A stretch of DNA of 64,000 nucleotides from an uncultured Acidobacteriota bacterium. Its GTDB lineage: Bacteria > Acidobacteriota > Thermoanaerobaculia > UBA5066 > Gp7-AA6. Where the stretch lies: contig CAWCPN010000002.1 of assembly GCA_963797495.1 (NCBI GenBank), forward strand, positions 532,096 through 596,095. The letters run 5' to 3'. Under the pieces are notes generated by a model, which had not been told where the DNA came from, did no database searches, and saw nothing but the letters and a program-made list of their open reading frames with translations. Shown here one piece after another: positions 9,931 through 19,434 of this stretch; positions within the stretch are counted from its first letter, which is position 1; each line of letters opens with the position of its first letter. Position numbers and translations under genes: made by a program.

Positions 9931-11397
9931 TCAGTCCCTGCGCCGGTACCAGACCCAGAGACCGAGCAGGATCGCAAGCCCCGGCAGTCCCGCAACGGCG
10001 AAGATGCCGATGCGGCGCACCTGGGAATCGGTCAGCGAAAGCGACGCCTGCTCGATCGTTTTCGGCGCGATGCCGATCTGCTTCTCGCTCCCGGTCAGCC
10101 AGTGGACGGCGTTGGCCAGCAGCACGCCGTTGCCGCCGTTGGCGACCGAGCCGTTGCCCGCGAAACGGGAGTTGCCGATCACCACGAGGCGCGCGGACGT
10201 CCCGCCCGTCGCCTTGTCGTCCGCCGGACCCACCGCCACCGCGATCGAGACCGGGCCGGGCGTGTCCCCGGGCTCCTTCTGGATCGCGCCGTTGCCCTCG
10301 GCGAGGGCCTTCAGGTTCGTTTCGCCCCAGCCTTCCGGCGAGGTCTCGACGAGCATCGTCTCGGACACGCCCTCCGGCGGTTTCTCCGCCTTCGTCACCG
10401 ACCGCGCGAGCGGAAAGACGACCGGCAGTTCTTCGGCCGACAGCGACTTGACGATCGGGTGACTCCCGTAGCGGTTGGCCAGCACCGTCTCGGCGCCCAC
10501 CATCGGCAGGGCGTTGGCCGGATCGACGACGATGTCGTCGCCGAGGCGCAGGCCGTACCGGGCGAGCAGCCCGCCGAGGCCGAGGTCGGCCGGCGGCGAG
10601 CCCGGGCCGGGCAGAACGGGGTCGAGCATGACGAGCGCGTGACCGCCCCCCGCGAGGTATTTCGCCAGCGCGCCGGCCTCCGGGTCGAGAAAAGCCGTCC
10701 GGGGTCCCGCGACGACCACGACGTCGGTCCCGGCGGGGAGATCGTCCTTCCCGAGCGAGGCCCAGGTGGACACCGTCATGTTGTCGCGCTCGAGCAGCTG
10801 CTTGGCCTCCGAGTAGCCGCGGCCGCGGTCGCCGGAGTCGAGCGAGGCCTCGTTGTGGCCCTGCGTGAACACGATCTTCGGCTGCTTCTCCTCGGATACG
10901 GCCAGGATCGCCGAGGTGAAGGCTTCTTCGCCCTTGAATGCCTTGATCGTCGGTGTCCCGCCCATCTGAGCGGCCGCAAAGTCGAAGTCGGCCAGCTTGT
11001 CTTCCTCGACGTACTTCTTGCGGTCTCCGGAGCGGAAAACGACCGTGTTCTGGCGGACGCCGAACTCCTTGAGGAGGGCCTCGGCGCGCGCGACGTTGCG
11101 CGTCGGGTCGAGGTATTCGACCTCGATCTTCGGAGACGCGGCCTGGTAGCGGGACAGCAGCTCGCGGACCGGCTGATAGAGCCGCGCGCCCGACGTCATG
11201 AACACGGTCACCCGGACCGGGGCCTTCAGGTCCGCCAGGATCTTCCGGCTCTGCTCCGAAAGGGAGTAGATCCGCGTGGACGTCCAGTCGAACCGGGCCC
11301 AGTGGCGCGCCGAGAGGTAGTTGACGGCGATCAGGATCGCCAGGCCGAGCACCACGGCGATGGCGGAAGTCCCGGCGCGCACGGCCCGGGCCTTCAC
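9931..11397 (-). CDS. GldG-like ABC-transporter auxiliary (substrate-binding) protein
   Basis: N-terminal and C-terminal TM segments flank a large periplasmic domain. The GTG start overlaps the permease stop (GTGA). Confidence 0.75.
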   Translation of the reverse strand: MKARAVRAGTSAIAVVLGLAILIAVNYLSARHWARFDWTSTRIYSLSEQSRKILADLKAPVRVTVFMTSGARLYQPVRELLSRYQAASPKIEVEYLDPTRNVARAEALLKEFGVRQNTVVFRSGDRKKYVEEDKLADFDFAAAQMGGTPTIKAFKGEEAFTSAILAVSEEKQPKIVFTQGHNEASLDSGDRGRGYSEAKQLLERDNMTVSTWASLGKDDLPAGTDVVVVAGPRTAFLDPEAGALAKYLAGGGHALVMLDPVLPGPGSPPADLGLGGLLARYGLRLGDDIVVDPANALPMVGAETVLANRYGSHPIVKSLSAEELPVVFPLARSVTKAEKPPEGVSETMLVETSPEGWGETNLKALAEGNGAIQKEPGDTPGPVSIAVAVGPADDKATGGTSARLVVIGNSRFAGNGSVANGGNGVLLANAVHWLTGSEKQIGIAPKTIEQASLSLTDSQVRRIGIFAVAGLPGLAILLGLWVWYRRRD

Positions 11398-12134
11398 GGG
11401 GTCTCCTTCTTGGCCGAGACGGACACGGTCGTCAGGAACAGGAAGAAGACCGTGGCCGATACGTAGTACACGATCCGCCGGGTGTCGACCGACCCGCGGG
11501 CGAAGTCCTCCATGTGCTCCCAGACGTTGAAGTACGAGAAGAACTCGCGCTTCTCCGGGGCGTTCACCGCCGACTCCAGCAGTCCGCCCGAGAAGATCAC
11601 GATCAGCATGGCGAAGGCGAAGATGGCGGCGACGATCTGGTTCTTGGTCAGCGTCGAGGCGAACATGCCGACCGAAAGGAAGTAGCCGCCCATCAGTGCG
11701 ACCGCGAGATACGCGGAGGCGACCGGGCCCAGGTCGATCGGCGTCTGCCAGCGCAGGATCGCCACGTACGCGAGGGTCGGGAGCCAGAGCGTGAGGAAGA
11801 AGCCGAGGGCGCCGAGGAACTTGCCGAACACGACCGTTCCCTCCGAAACGGGCGAGGTCAGGAGCATCTCGAGCGTGCCGGATTTGCGCTCCTCCGCGAA
11901 GAGACGCATCGCGATGATCGGGACGACGAAAAGGTTGAAGATCCAGAAATAGGTGTTCGAGAAGAGGAGCACGAGCGCCTGGCCCTTGGGCGCCTGCGGC
12001 GAGTTCAGGAAATTCACGATCACGGTGAAGATGAAACCGTTCATCAGGAGGAAAGCGGCGAGAACGACGTAGGCGAGCGGCGAGAGGAAGTAGGCGCGCC
12101 ATTCCCGGCCGACGATGGCGAAGAGCTTTCTCAC
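11394..12134 (-). CDS. ABC-2 type permease (GldF-like)
   Basis: Six predicted TM helices. The GTG start overlaps the ATPase stop (GTGA). Confidence 0.8.
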   Translation of the reverse strand: MRKLFAIVGREWRAYFLSPLAYVVLAAFLLMNGFIFTVIVNFLNSPQAPKGQALVLLFSNTYFWIFNLFVVPIIAMRLFAEERKSGTLEMLLTSPVSEGTVVFGKFLGALGFFLTLWLPTLAYVAILRWQTPIDLGPVASAYLAVALMGGYFLSVGMFASTLTKNQIVAAIFAFAMLIVIFSGGLLESAVNAPEKREFFSYFNVWEHMEDFARGSVDTRRIVYYVSATVFFLFLTTVSVSAKKETP

Positions 12135-13123
12135 GAGAGCCGCTCCTCGCCGGCGGCCGGCACCACGGGTTGCGCCGCAACGGCCTCCTCCGCCGCCGCG
12201 TCGTGCCGCGTGAGGCGCACGAAGACGTCCTCGAGAGACATCGCTTCCCTCGCGAGCTCGCGCAGAACCCAGCCGCGCGCGACGGCGAGGCGGAACACGT
12301 CCTCGCGCGGGTCCGAACCCTCCCGGCACGTCAGACGCGCCCGCGTTTCGTCCGGCCGGTCCTCGAGATCGACCACGGAGACGCCGGAGAGCCCGGCGAG
12401 GTCCTCGCGCGCGTCGACGGCGCCCCGGAAGACCGCCCGCACCACGGGGGTCCCGGCGAGCCGGCCGCGCAGCTCCGCGGGCGTGCCTTCGGCCACGATC
12501 CGGCCCCGGTCGATGATCAGCACCCGGTCACAGACGGCTTCGACCTCCGGGAGGATGTGCGTGGACAGGAGCACGGAGCGATCCTTGCCGAGCTGGCGGA
12601 TCGTCTCCCGGATCTTGATGATCTGGACCGGGTCGAGCCCGATCGTGGGCTCGTCGAGAATCAGGACACGGGGCCGGTGCACGAGGGCCCCGGCGAGCGC
12701 GGTGCGCTGGCGAAAGCCCTTCGACAGATTCTCGATCCGGCGGCTCGCCACCTCGCCGAGCAGGCACTGGTCGAGCGCCTCGGAGACGCGCGCCTTCACC
12801 TGCGACCGCGGAACGCCTTCGAGGCGGGCGCGAAACGCCAGGTACTCCGAGACCCGCATCTCGGTATACGCCGCGGCGGACTCGGGCAGATAGCCCAGGG
12901 AGGCCCGCGCCGCATTCGGCCGCGCCACGACGTCGTGCCCGGAAACGCGCGCCGTCCCCGAGGACGGCGGCAGGAAGCCGGTCAGGACGCGCATCGTGGT
13001 CGTCTTTCCGGCGCCATTGGGGCCGAGGAAGCCGACGATTTCGCCTTCGCGAACGGAGAACGTCACGTCGTCCACCGCGAGCCGCGTCGGGTACCGTTTC
13101 GAAAGGTTTTGAACTTCGATCAT
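12131..13123 (-). CDS. ABC transporter ATP-binding protein
   Basis: Walker A GPNGAGKTT, signature LSKGFRQR and Walker B ILDEP. Confidence 0.9.
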   Translation of the reverse strand: MIEVQNLSKRYPTRLAVDDVTFSVREGEIVGFLGPNGAGKTTTMRVLTGFLPPSSGTARVSGHDVVARPNAARASLGYLPESAAAYTEMRVSEYLAFRARLEGVPRSQVKARVSEALDQCLLGEVASRRIENLSKGFRQRTALAGALVHRPRVLILDEPTIGLDPVQIIKIRETIRQLGKDRSVLLSTHILPEVEAVCDRVLIIDRGRIVAEGTPAELRGRLAGTPVVRAVFRGAVDAREDLAGLSGVSVVDLEDRPDETRARLTCREGSDPREDVFRLAVARGWVLRELAREAMSLEDVFVRLTRHDAAAEEAVAAQPVVPAAGEERLS

Positions 13124-13213
13124 GTGAGAGTCACCGGGGAACCGCGCTTAGAAATCGCGGAAGGATAATGCATATTCCCGAAAAGAAAACCCGCCTCGCG
13201 TATCATTCCGGGC

Positions 13214-14125
13214 GTGATCTCCGTCGAAAACGTGTCCAAGACGTACGGCCGTCGGCGGAGGCGCCCGCCGGCGCTCGACGGCGTCTCCCTCGAGGTGCGC
13301 CGGGGCGAGACCGTCGGCCTCATCGGCCCCAACGGGGCCGGGAAGACCACCCTCCTCTCCTGCCTGCTCGGGTTCCTGCGCCCGGATTCCGGCACGATCC
13401 GGATCGGCGGGCTCCCGGTCGACGACCTTCGGACCCGCGCGCGCACCGGCTACATGCCGGAGCGCCTGGGATTCGACCGGGACCTGACGGGCTCGGACTT
13501 CCTTCGCTTCCACTGGCGGCTCGCCGGCGGAGAAGCCTCCCGGGCGGACGCGGAGGCACGGGCCGCGGCCGGGCGCGTCGGCCTCGAACCCGCCGCCCTC
13601 TCGCGCAAGCTGCGAACCTATTCCCGGGGCATGCTGCAGCGTATCGGCGTGGCGCAGGCGACGCTCGGAGACCCGGAACTCCTCTTCCTCGACGAGCCCG
13701 CTTCCGGCACGGATCCCGTGGGCGTCGTCACGGTGCGCGAACGGATCCTCGAGGCCAAGGCGCGCGGCGCCACCATCGTGCTCAACTCTCACCAGCTGCC
13801 CGAGGTCGAGAGAGTCTGTGACCGCGTCGTTTTCATCGACCATGGCCGTCTGACGCGATCCGAGACCCTGACGGGCGAGGCCGCCTCGCGCAGGCGCGCC
13901 GCGATCCGGGTCGAACCGGCGCACGGCGCCCGGGCCCTCGAAATCCTCGCGACCCTGGGCCTGGCGGCCGAAGCGGACCCCGATGGGCGTCTGCGCCTCT
14001 CGGAGGCCGGTCCGACCGAGGTCGCCGCCGCGATCAAAGCGCTCTCCCTCGCCGACGTCGCGGTGCTCGAGGTGCGGTCTTCCGCCGAGCTGGAGGAGCT
14101 CTTCCGCGAGGCCTCGCCGTCTTGA
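13214..14125 (+). CDS. ABC transporter ATP-binding protein, transcribed divergently from the GldG-type system
   Basis: GPNGAGKTT, YSRGMLQR, LFLDEP; GTG start. Confidence 0.9.
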   Translation: MISVENVSKTYGRRRRRPPALDGVSLEVRRGETVGLIGPNGAGKTTLLSCLLGFLRPDSGTIRIGGLPVDDLRTRARTGYMPERLGFDRDLTGSDFLRFHWRLAGGEASRADAEARAAAGRVGLEPAALSRKLRTYSRGMLQRIGVAQATLGDPELLFLDEPASGTDPVGVVTVRERILEAKARGATIVLNSHQLPEVERVCDRVVFIDHGRLTRSETLTGEAASRRRAAIRVEPAHGARALEILATLGLAAEADPDGRLRLSEAGPTEVAAAIKALSLADVAVLEVRSSAELEELFREASPS

Positions 14126-14130
14126 TCGAG

Positions 14131-14817
14131 ATGGCGCGCCGGTTCGTGCGGCAGAAGTCGCGAAGCGTCGGTACGCTCGTCGTGCTCGGTCTGTTCGCCG
14201 CGGTGGCCGCCCTGACCGTGGCAGCCTCCGGCGGGCACGCCGGGCTCGGCAACGAGGGCTACCTCGTCCTCCTCGTCCTCGGCGCGGCATCCGTCTCGAA
14301 GGACGCCTCGAGCGGCGGCCTCCAGATGATCCTCGCCCGGCCGATCCGCAGGACCGACTATCTGTTCGGGCGCTACCTGGGTATCGTCGCCGCCTTCGCC
14401 GCGTTCGTCGCCGTCTGCGCCCTTCTCGGAGGCCTCGTCCACGCGATCTGGGGAGCCGGGGGCACGCCGTTCTCTCCGCTGGCGACCCTCGCGAACCTCG
14501 GCTACGGCACCCTCTGGGCGGCGCAGATCGCGGCAATCCTCGTCTTTTTCTCCACCTTCCTGCCGGGCTACGGCGACGTCATCGCCGTGCTCGGCATCGA
14601 AATCCTGCTCTCGGTCCAGACCACCGCTCCCGGTTATCAGGAGGCCGCACGGGCCATCCGTCGCCAGGTCCTGCCCGTCGTGCCCTGGGAAAAGGTCTTC
14701 GGCGGCGAGCCGTCCGCTCTCGCCGCGGCCGGCCGCGGGGTCCTCGCGGCGGTCGTCTTTCTCGTGGCGGCGGCGGCCATCTTCGCCCGGAGGGAGTTCG
14801 CGTATGGACGGGATTGA
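14131..14817 (+). CDS. ABC-2 family permease
   Basis: Multiple TM helices directly after the ATPase. A TTG at 14122 is an alternative start. Confidence 0.7.
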   Translation: MARRFVRQKSRSVGTLVVLGLFAAVAALTVAASGGHAGLGNEGYLVLLVLGAASVSKDASSGGLQMILARPIRRTDYLFGRYLGIVAAFAAFVAVCALLGGLVHAIWGAGGTPFSPLATLANLGYGTLWAAQIAAILVFFSTFLPGYGDVIAVLGIEILLSVQTTAPGYQEAARAIRRQVLPVVPWEKVFGGEPSALAAAGRGVLAAVVFLVAAAAIFARREFAYGRD

Positions 14818-15301
14818 AGCCGCGGCTCCGCAGCAATCCCAGTCGCGGTTGTCGCCGATTCTCTTCTGGGTGCTCCTCGCCGCCGTGGTCCTTCGGGTCG
14901 TGACGGCGGTCATGGACCGCGGCGGCACCGACGGAACCGGCCGGATTCGCTGGCAGCCCCGGGAGGACGCCGCTGCGAGCGCCGCCAGCGCGGGCAAGCC
15001 GATCCTCTACGACTTCACGGCGGCCTGGTGCGGGCCCTGCAAGCTGATCGATCGCGACTGGGAGGAGCCGGAGATCGCCGAACGCGTCAACGCGGGCTTC
15101 GTTCCGGTCCGGATCGTCGACCGCGCCCGGGAGGACGGCCAGAACGTGCCGGACGTCGCCGAGCTCCAGAGCCGCTACGAGATTTCGGGTTTTCCCACGC
15201 TCGTCGTCGCCGCACCCGACGGACGGTTGATCGGCAAACACGAGGGCTACCGGAACCGGGCGGCCCTCGTCGAGTTCCTGAAGGAGCCGGCCCGCCCCTA
15301 G
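14804..15301 (+). CDS. Membrane-anchored thioredoxin-family protein
   Basis: N-terminal TM helix then an AAWCGPCK active-site motif. It overlaps the permease 3' end by 14 nt. Confidence 0.8.
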   Translation: MDGIEAAAPQQSQSRLSPILFWVLLAAVVLRVVTAVMDRGGTDGTGRIRWQPREDAAASAASAGKPILYDFTAAWCGPCKLIDRDWEEPEIAERVNAGFVPVRIVDRAREDGQNVPDVAELQSRYEISGFPTLVVAAPDGRLIGKHEGYRNRAALVEFLKEPARP

Positions 15302-15323
15302 GCGACCGGGCGGGCCTCCCGCC

Positions 15324-16239
15324 TCAGTCGTCCTCGTCCGCGTCCAGGGCCGCCGCGCCCGCTCCGGCACGCACGGACACCGGCCCGTTTTCGGTCGAGA
15401 GCCGCACCCGTGCGGGTCCGTCGCCCAGCTCGATGCGACGATGCTCGTCGTCCCAGGTCCTCCGGGCGCCGGCGCAGGCGCCCCCACGGCACCGGAAGGG
15501 CGAATGGCCCCGGGATTCGACGATGGCCGCGGTCCGGTAGCCGGCGGGGATCGCCAGGCTCACGGGACCGTTCACGGCGCGTGCATCCAGTCCCTCGCCG
15601 GTCCAGGAGTCGCCGGAGAGCTCGACCTCGATCGGTCCGTTTTCCGTACGCATGCGGAGCTTGCCCCCGGCGCCTTCGAACTCGATCGGTCCGTTCTGGG
15701 CGTGCAGATCGAGATCACCCGCCGAGTCGCGCACGGAGATCGGGCCGTTGCGGGTGTTCGCGACCACGCGGCCGGAAAGACCGACGAGACCGATCGGGCC
15801 GTTCGACGCCGCGATCTCCAGGGAGGCCCCCCGCGGCGCCACGACCAGCAGGTACCCGACCCAGTCGTCTCCCGGACGGTCCGCGCACGGTCACGGAGTC
15901 GCCGGAGCGCTCCAGCGCGATGCCCGAGAGCCCCGCCTCGGTCGGCGCCGCCTTGCAGGCCACGACCTCGAAGTCGCCGCGGTCCGCCTCCCGGACGCGG
16001 ACACCGGAATGGCGCGCGGACTCCAGGCGAAGGGTGCGCCCGGGCACCACGATCCGTTCCTCCGCCCGCGCGGCCGGCCGGTCGTCGAATTCGATGCGGA
16101 GGTCCTCGCAGCGCACCGGGTCGGCGCCGTCGTGAATGGAAACGCTCCGGTTGCGATGGCCGGCCTGCGCCGACACCGCCCAGAATCCCAGCGCCGCCGC
16201 CAGGGCCAGTGTCCGTCCGAGTCGTGTCGCCATGGCCAC
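15324..16239 (-). CDS. DUF4097-family beta-repeat (putative adhesin-like) protein with signal peptide, interrupted by a frameshift near 15850-15880
   Basis: A signal-peptide N-terminal segment (15715..16239 frame) continues as NGPI/NGPV repeats in a second frame (15324..15842). Confidence 0.6.
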
Positions 16240-16284
16240 CTCCGCCTCCGGATACGCCGGAAGCGGAGGGAGGTTACGGGCCGA

Positions 16285-19200
16285 CTAATCGTCCGGCGCG
16301 ACGACGATGGGGCCGCCGGAACGGACGATGGTCACGGCCGAGTCCTCCGCGTCCGACAGGGGCTTTTCCCACCAGTCGCCGTTCCTCCCGCCGACCTCGG
16401 AGTAGGGCCCGGCGGGTACCACCCCGACCGAGCGATTGCGTCCCGACTGCTTGGCCAGGTACATGGCCCGGTCGGCGAGCTTCAGAACCTCGGTGAACGC
16501 AAACGTCCGGGTCGAGTCGGGGTACCACGGGAAGGGCGCCCATCCCACCGAGCAGGTCCGACGCACCTTCTGGCCTCCGCCGATGTCGAACGGCTCGGAG
16601 CCGACGGCCGTCATGACGCGCCCCGCCAGAACGTCTCCCCGGGTCCGGTCCGCGTCGCGGGAAATGAGCAGGAACTCTTCGCCGCCCCAACGGATCAGGC
16701 GGTCCGAGTCGCGCACGACGCTGGTCAGGCGCCGCGCCATCTCCGCGAGCACTCCGTCGCCGCGGTCGTGGCCGAACTCGTCGTTGATCTCCTTGAAGTG
16801 GTCGATGTCGACGATGTAGAAAATCAGGTCGCAGTTGCGCGGCCGGTTCGCCGCCGGCGTCGAATGGACGCGCAGCGTGCGGTTGACGTCGTCCTCGATG
16901 ACCGTCGAAAAGAATCGGCGGTTGCGCGCTCCGGTCAGCGCATCGGTGAACGACGCTTCGCGCAGCTCCCGGTTGGCCGCCGCAAGCTCCGCGCTGCGCG
17001 CCGCCACGGCCTCCTCCAGGCGCCGCCTCTCCGCCTCGAGGTGGCGTGTCCTCCAGCGCACGAAGGCGGCCAGCGCGATGGCCGCGGCGAGGACCCCGAG
17101 AATCCGCGTCCACGGCGTTTCCCACCAGGCGGGCCGCACGTCCAGCGTGAAGACCGCCGGCGCGGCGGACTCCTTCCCCCGGGCCGACACGCAGAGCACC
17201 TCGAACCGGTATTTTCCGCTTGGCAGCGCCGGGAAGCGGGCCTCCGTGAGCTCGGTTTCCGTGTACTGATCGACCAGCCCGGCCATCCGATGCTTGTAGC
17301 GGACCCGGCGCGGATCGACGAAGGTCAGTCCCGCCCACGACACGCTGAAGTCGCGCTCTCCGGAAGACAGCGAGGCGCCCGCCGTGGAGGCCAGCGGGCG
17401 ATCGCCCGTGGTGGCCGCGGTGATGACGACATTGGGGGGCGGTTCGGGGGCGGGCGGGACACCGGCCTGGAATCGGATGAGGCCGCGGCTGGAGCCGAGC
17501 CACACCGTGCCGTCCGCGTCCGCGAAGAAGGCGTTCTGGTCGAGATCGTCGCTGATCATCCCGTCGACCTTGCCGTACCGTGCCGCCAGCGACCAGTCGG
17601 GACCGTAGACGTCTGCGCCCGATCCCGTTCCGAGCCAGAGGCCGCCGGAAACGTCGCGGCCGACGAGCACGACCTTGTTCGACACGAGGCCGGTCGAGAC
17701 GTCGATCGGCCGGACGGTCAGGCGATCGCCCTGGAGGATCACTTTGGCCCCGCCGATCGACTCCCGATACGCGATCACGAGGCTGCCGTCGGCCGCGAAT
17801 GCGATGGAGGAGATGAAGTCCTCCTTCAAACCGTCGCGCACCGTGAACCGCCGCGGGTTCGGGCCGTTCACGCGGAGAACGCCCTGCTTGCTGGCCGCGT
17901 AGAGAACGCCGGCGGGATCCTCGGCGAAGCCGCGGATGTTGTCCGGCTTCTCGCGCCCGATCGACACCCGTTCGAATCGGTCCGAGCGCGAGCCCGCGGG
18001 CAGCCGGTAGAGGCCGCTGACCGCGCCGACCCAGACCTCGCCGTCCGGTCGGACATGAATCGCCGCCACGCGAAACTGCTCGTTGGAAATGTCGTCGGCG
18101 GTCAGAACCCGAACCCGCCCGTCGGCCGAGAGTCGGGTCACGCCGCCGGGCCAGGAACCGGCCCAGACCGTTCCGTCCTCGCCGGCGGCGAGCGCATTGA
18201 CGGTATTGCCGGCCATTCCGTCGCGGTCCAGGTAGATACGGACCGCCCCCGTCTCCGGATCGATCCGATTGAGCCCCTGCTCGGTTCCGACCCAGATGGC
18301 TCCCGGTCCGGCCGGGCCCACCTTCTGCCGCGTCACGGCCCATACGACCTCATGCGAGAGGCCGTCGGCGGTCGACCAACTCGTGAACTCTCCGTGGCCC
18401 ACCCGGCGGGCGAGCCCGCCCCCGAGAAGCCCGATCCAGAGCGAGCCCTCCCGGTCGACGATCGCCGCGAGCGCCGTGTCGACCGGCAAGCCCTCCCGGC
18501 GTCCGAGCAGGCGCCAGAGGGCGCCGTCGCGCCAGGCGAGTCCCTGCACGGTCGGAACGAGGATCTCGCCCCGATCGTCGAGCCCGAGACGCCCGACCTC
18601 GCTCGACTCGGGAAGGCCGTCGTCCGCCCTCTCGAAGCGCTGCGCACCGCGGGCGAGAACGAACAGGCGCTTGACCGTGCGGACCCAGAGCCGCCCCTCG
18701 GCATCGGTTTCGACCTCGTCGAGCGTCTCGTCCGAGGGCAGGCCGCGCGGCCGCCCGAACTCGACGGCGCGGCCGGACTCCTTTCGGTAGAGCAGGCCGT
18801 TGCGGGCGAAGAACAGCGCTCCGCCGGCGTCCACGTGCAACGCGGTGACCGGGCCCGAGCCGAGCGAGTTCGCTTCCGTGTCGGCGTGAAAGCGATCGTC
18901 CCTGCCGGAATAGAGGCCGCGATCGGTCCCCACGTAGAGGGTGCCCGAGGCATCGGATGCCAGGCCCTGGTGCCCGATCGCAAAGATTCCGAGGCCTTCC
19001 TTCTCGCCGAGCACGACGAACCGCCCGGCCTGGTACCGCGCGAGACCGCCGCCGGTGGCCGCGTAGAGGCGGCCGTTCGCCGTCTCGTGGATCTGGAAGA
19101 TGCGCAGGCGCGGCAGGCCGTCCTCGTGGCCGAACTTCCGGAAACGGTACCCGTCGAAGCGGAAGAGACCATCGTCCGTGCCAACCCAGATGAACCCGAT

Positions 19201-19434
19201 CCTGTCCTGGAGGACGCACTCGACCGAGAGATCCTCGAGACCCTCGTCCTTCGTGTAGGTGCGGAACTCGGAGCGGCCGTCGAAGGGCGCCAGCCCCGGC
19301 GATGGAGGCCCGGCGGCGAGGGACCCGGAGGCGAGCAACGACAGGCCGACCGCGAGAAGGGTCGAAAGCGGGCCGGGAGCGGATCGCCTCGTAGAGTTCG
19401 GCACGATTGCGGAGTCAGGGAGCTTCGGTCGCAT
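16285..19434 (-). CDS. Sensor diguanylate cyclase: periplasmic two-component-regulator beta-propeller repeats plus Y_Y_Y, a TM helix, and a C-terminal GGDEF domain
   Basis: Signal peptide, repeated Reg_prop-like WVGT..GL motifs, a TM helix (ILGVLAAAIALAAFV) and the RWGGEEF GGDEF motif, in 1049 aa intact. Its 5' end overlaps the uvrA 3' end by about 20 nt. Confidence 0.85.
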   Translation of the reverse strand: MRPKLPDSAIVPNSTRRSAPGPLSTLLAVGLSLLASGSLAAGPPSPGLAPFDGRSEFRTYTKDEGLEDLSVECVLQDRIGFIWVGTDDGLFRFDGYRFRKFGHEDGLPRLRIFQIHETANGRLYAATGGGLARYQAGRFVVLGEKEGLGIFAIGHQGLASDASGTLYVGTDRGLYSGRDDRFHADTEANSLGSGPVTALHVDAGGALFFARNGLLYRKESGRAVEFGRPRGLPSDETLDEVETDAEGRLWVRTVKRLFVLARGAQRFERADDGLPESSEVGRLGLDDRGEILVPTVQGLAWRDGALWRLLGRREGLPVDTALAAIVDREGSLWIGLLGGGLARRVGHGEFTSWSTADGLSHEVVWAVTRQKVGPAGPGAIWVGTEQGLNRIDPETGAVRIYLDRDGMAGNTVNALAAGEDGTVWAGSWPGGVTRLSADGRVRVLTADDISNEQFRVAAIHVRPDGEVWVGAVSGLYRLPAGSRSDRFERVSIGREKPDNIRGFAEDPAGVLYAASKQGVLRVNGPNPRRFTVRDGLKEDFISSIAFAADGSLVIAYRESIGGAKVILQGDRLTVRPIDVSTGLVSNKVVLVGRDVSGGLWLGTGSGADVYGPDWSLAARYGKVDGMISDDLDQNAFFADADGTVWLGSSRGLIRFQAGVPPAPEPPPNVVITAATTGDRPLASTAGASLSSGERDFSVSWAGLTFVDPRRVRYKHRMAGLVDQYTETELTEARFPALPSGKYRFEVLCVSARGKESAAPAVFTLDVRPAWWETPWTRILGVLAAAIALAAFVRWRTRHLEAERRRLEEAVAARSAELAAANRELREASFTDALTGARNRRFFSTVIEDDVNRTLRVHSTPAANRPRNCDLIFYIVDIDHFKEINDEFGHDRGDGVLAEMARRLTSVVRDSDRLIRWGGEEFLLISRDADRTRGDVLAGRVMTAVGSEPFDIGGGQKVRRTCSVGWAPFPWYPDSTRTFAFTEVLKLADRAMYLAKQSGRNRSVGVVPAGPYSEVGGRNGDWWEKPLSDAEDSAVTIVRSGGPIVVAPDD

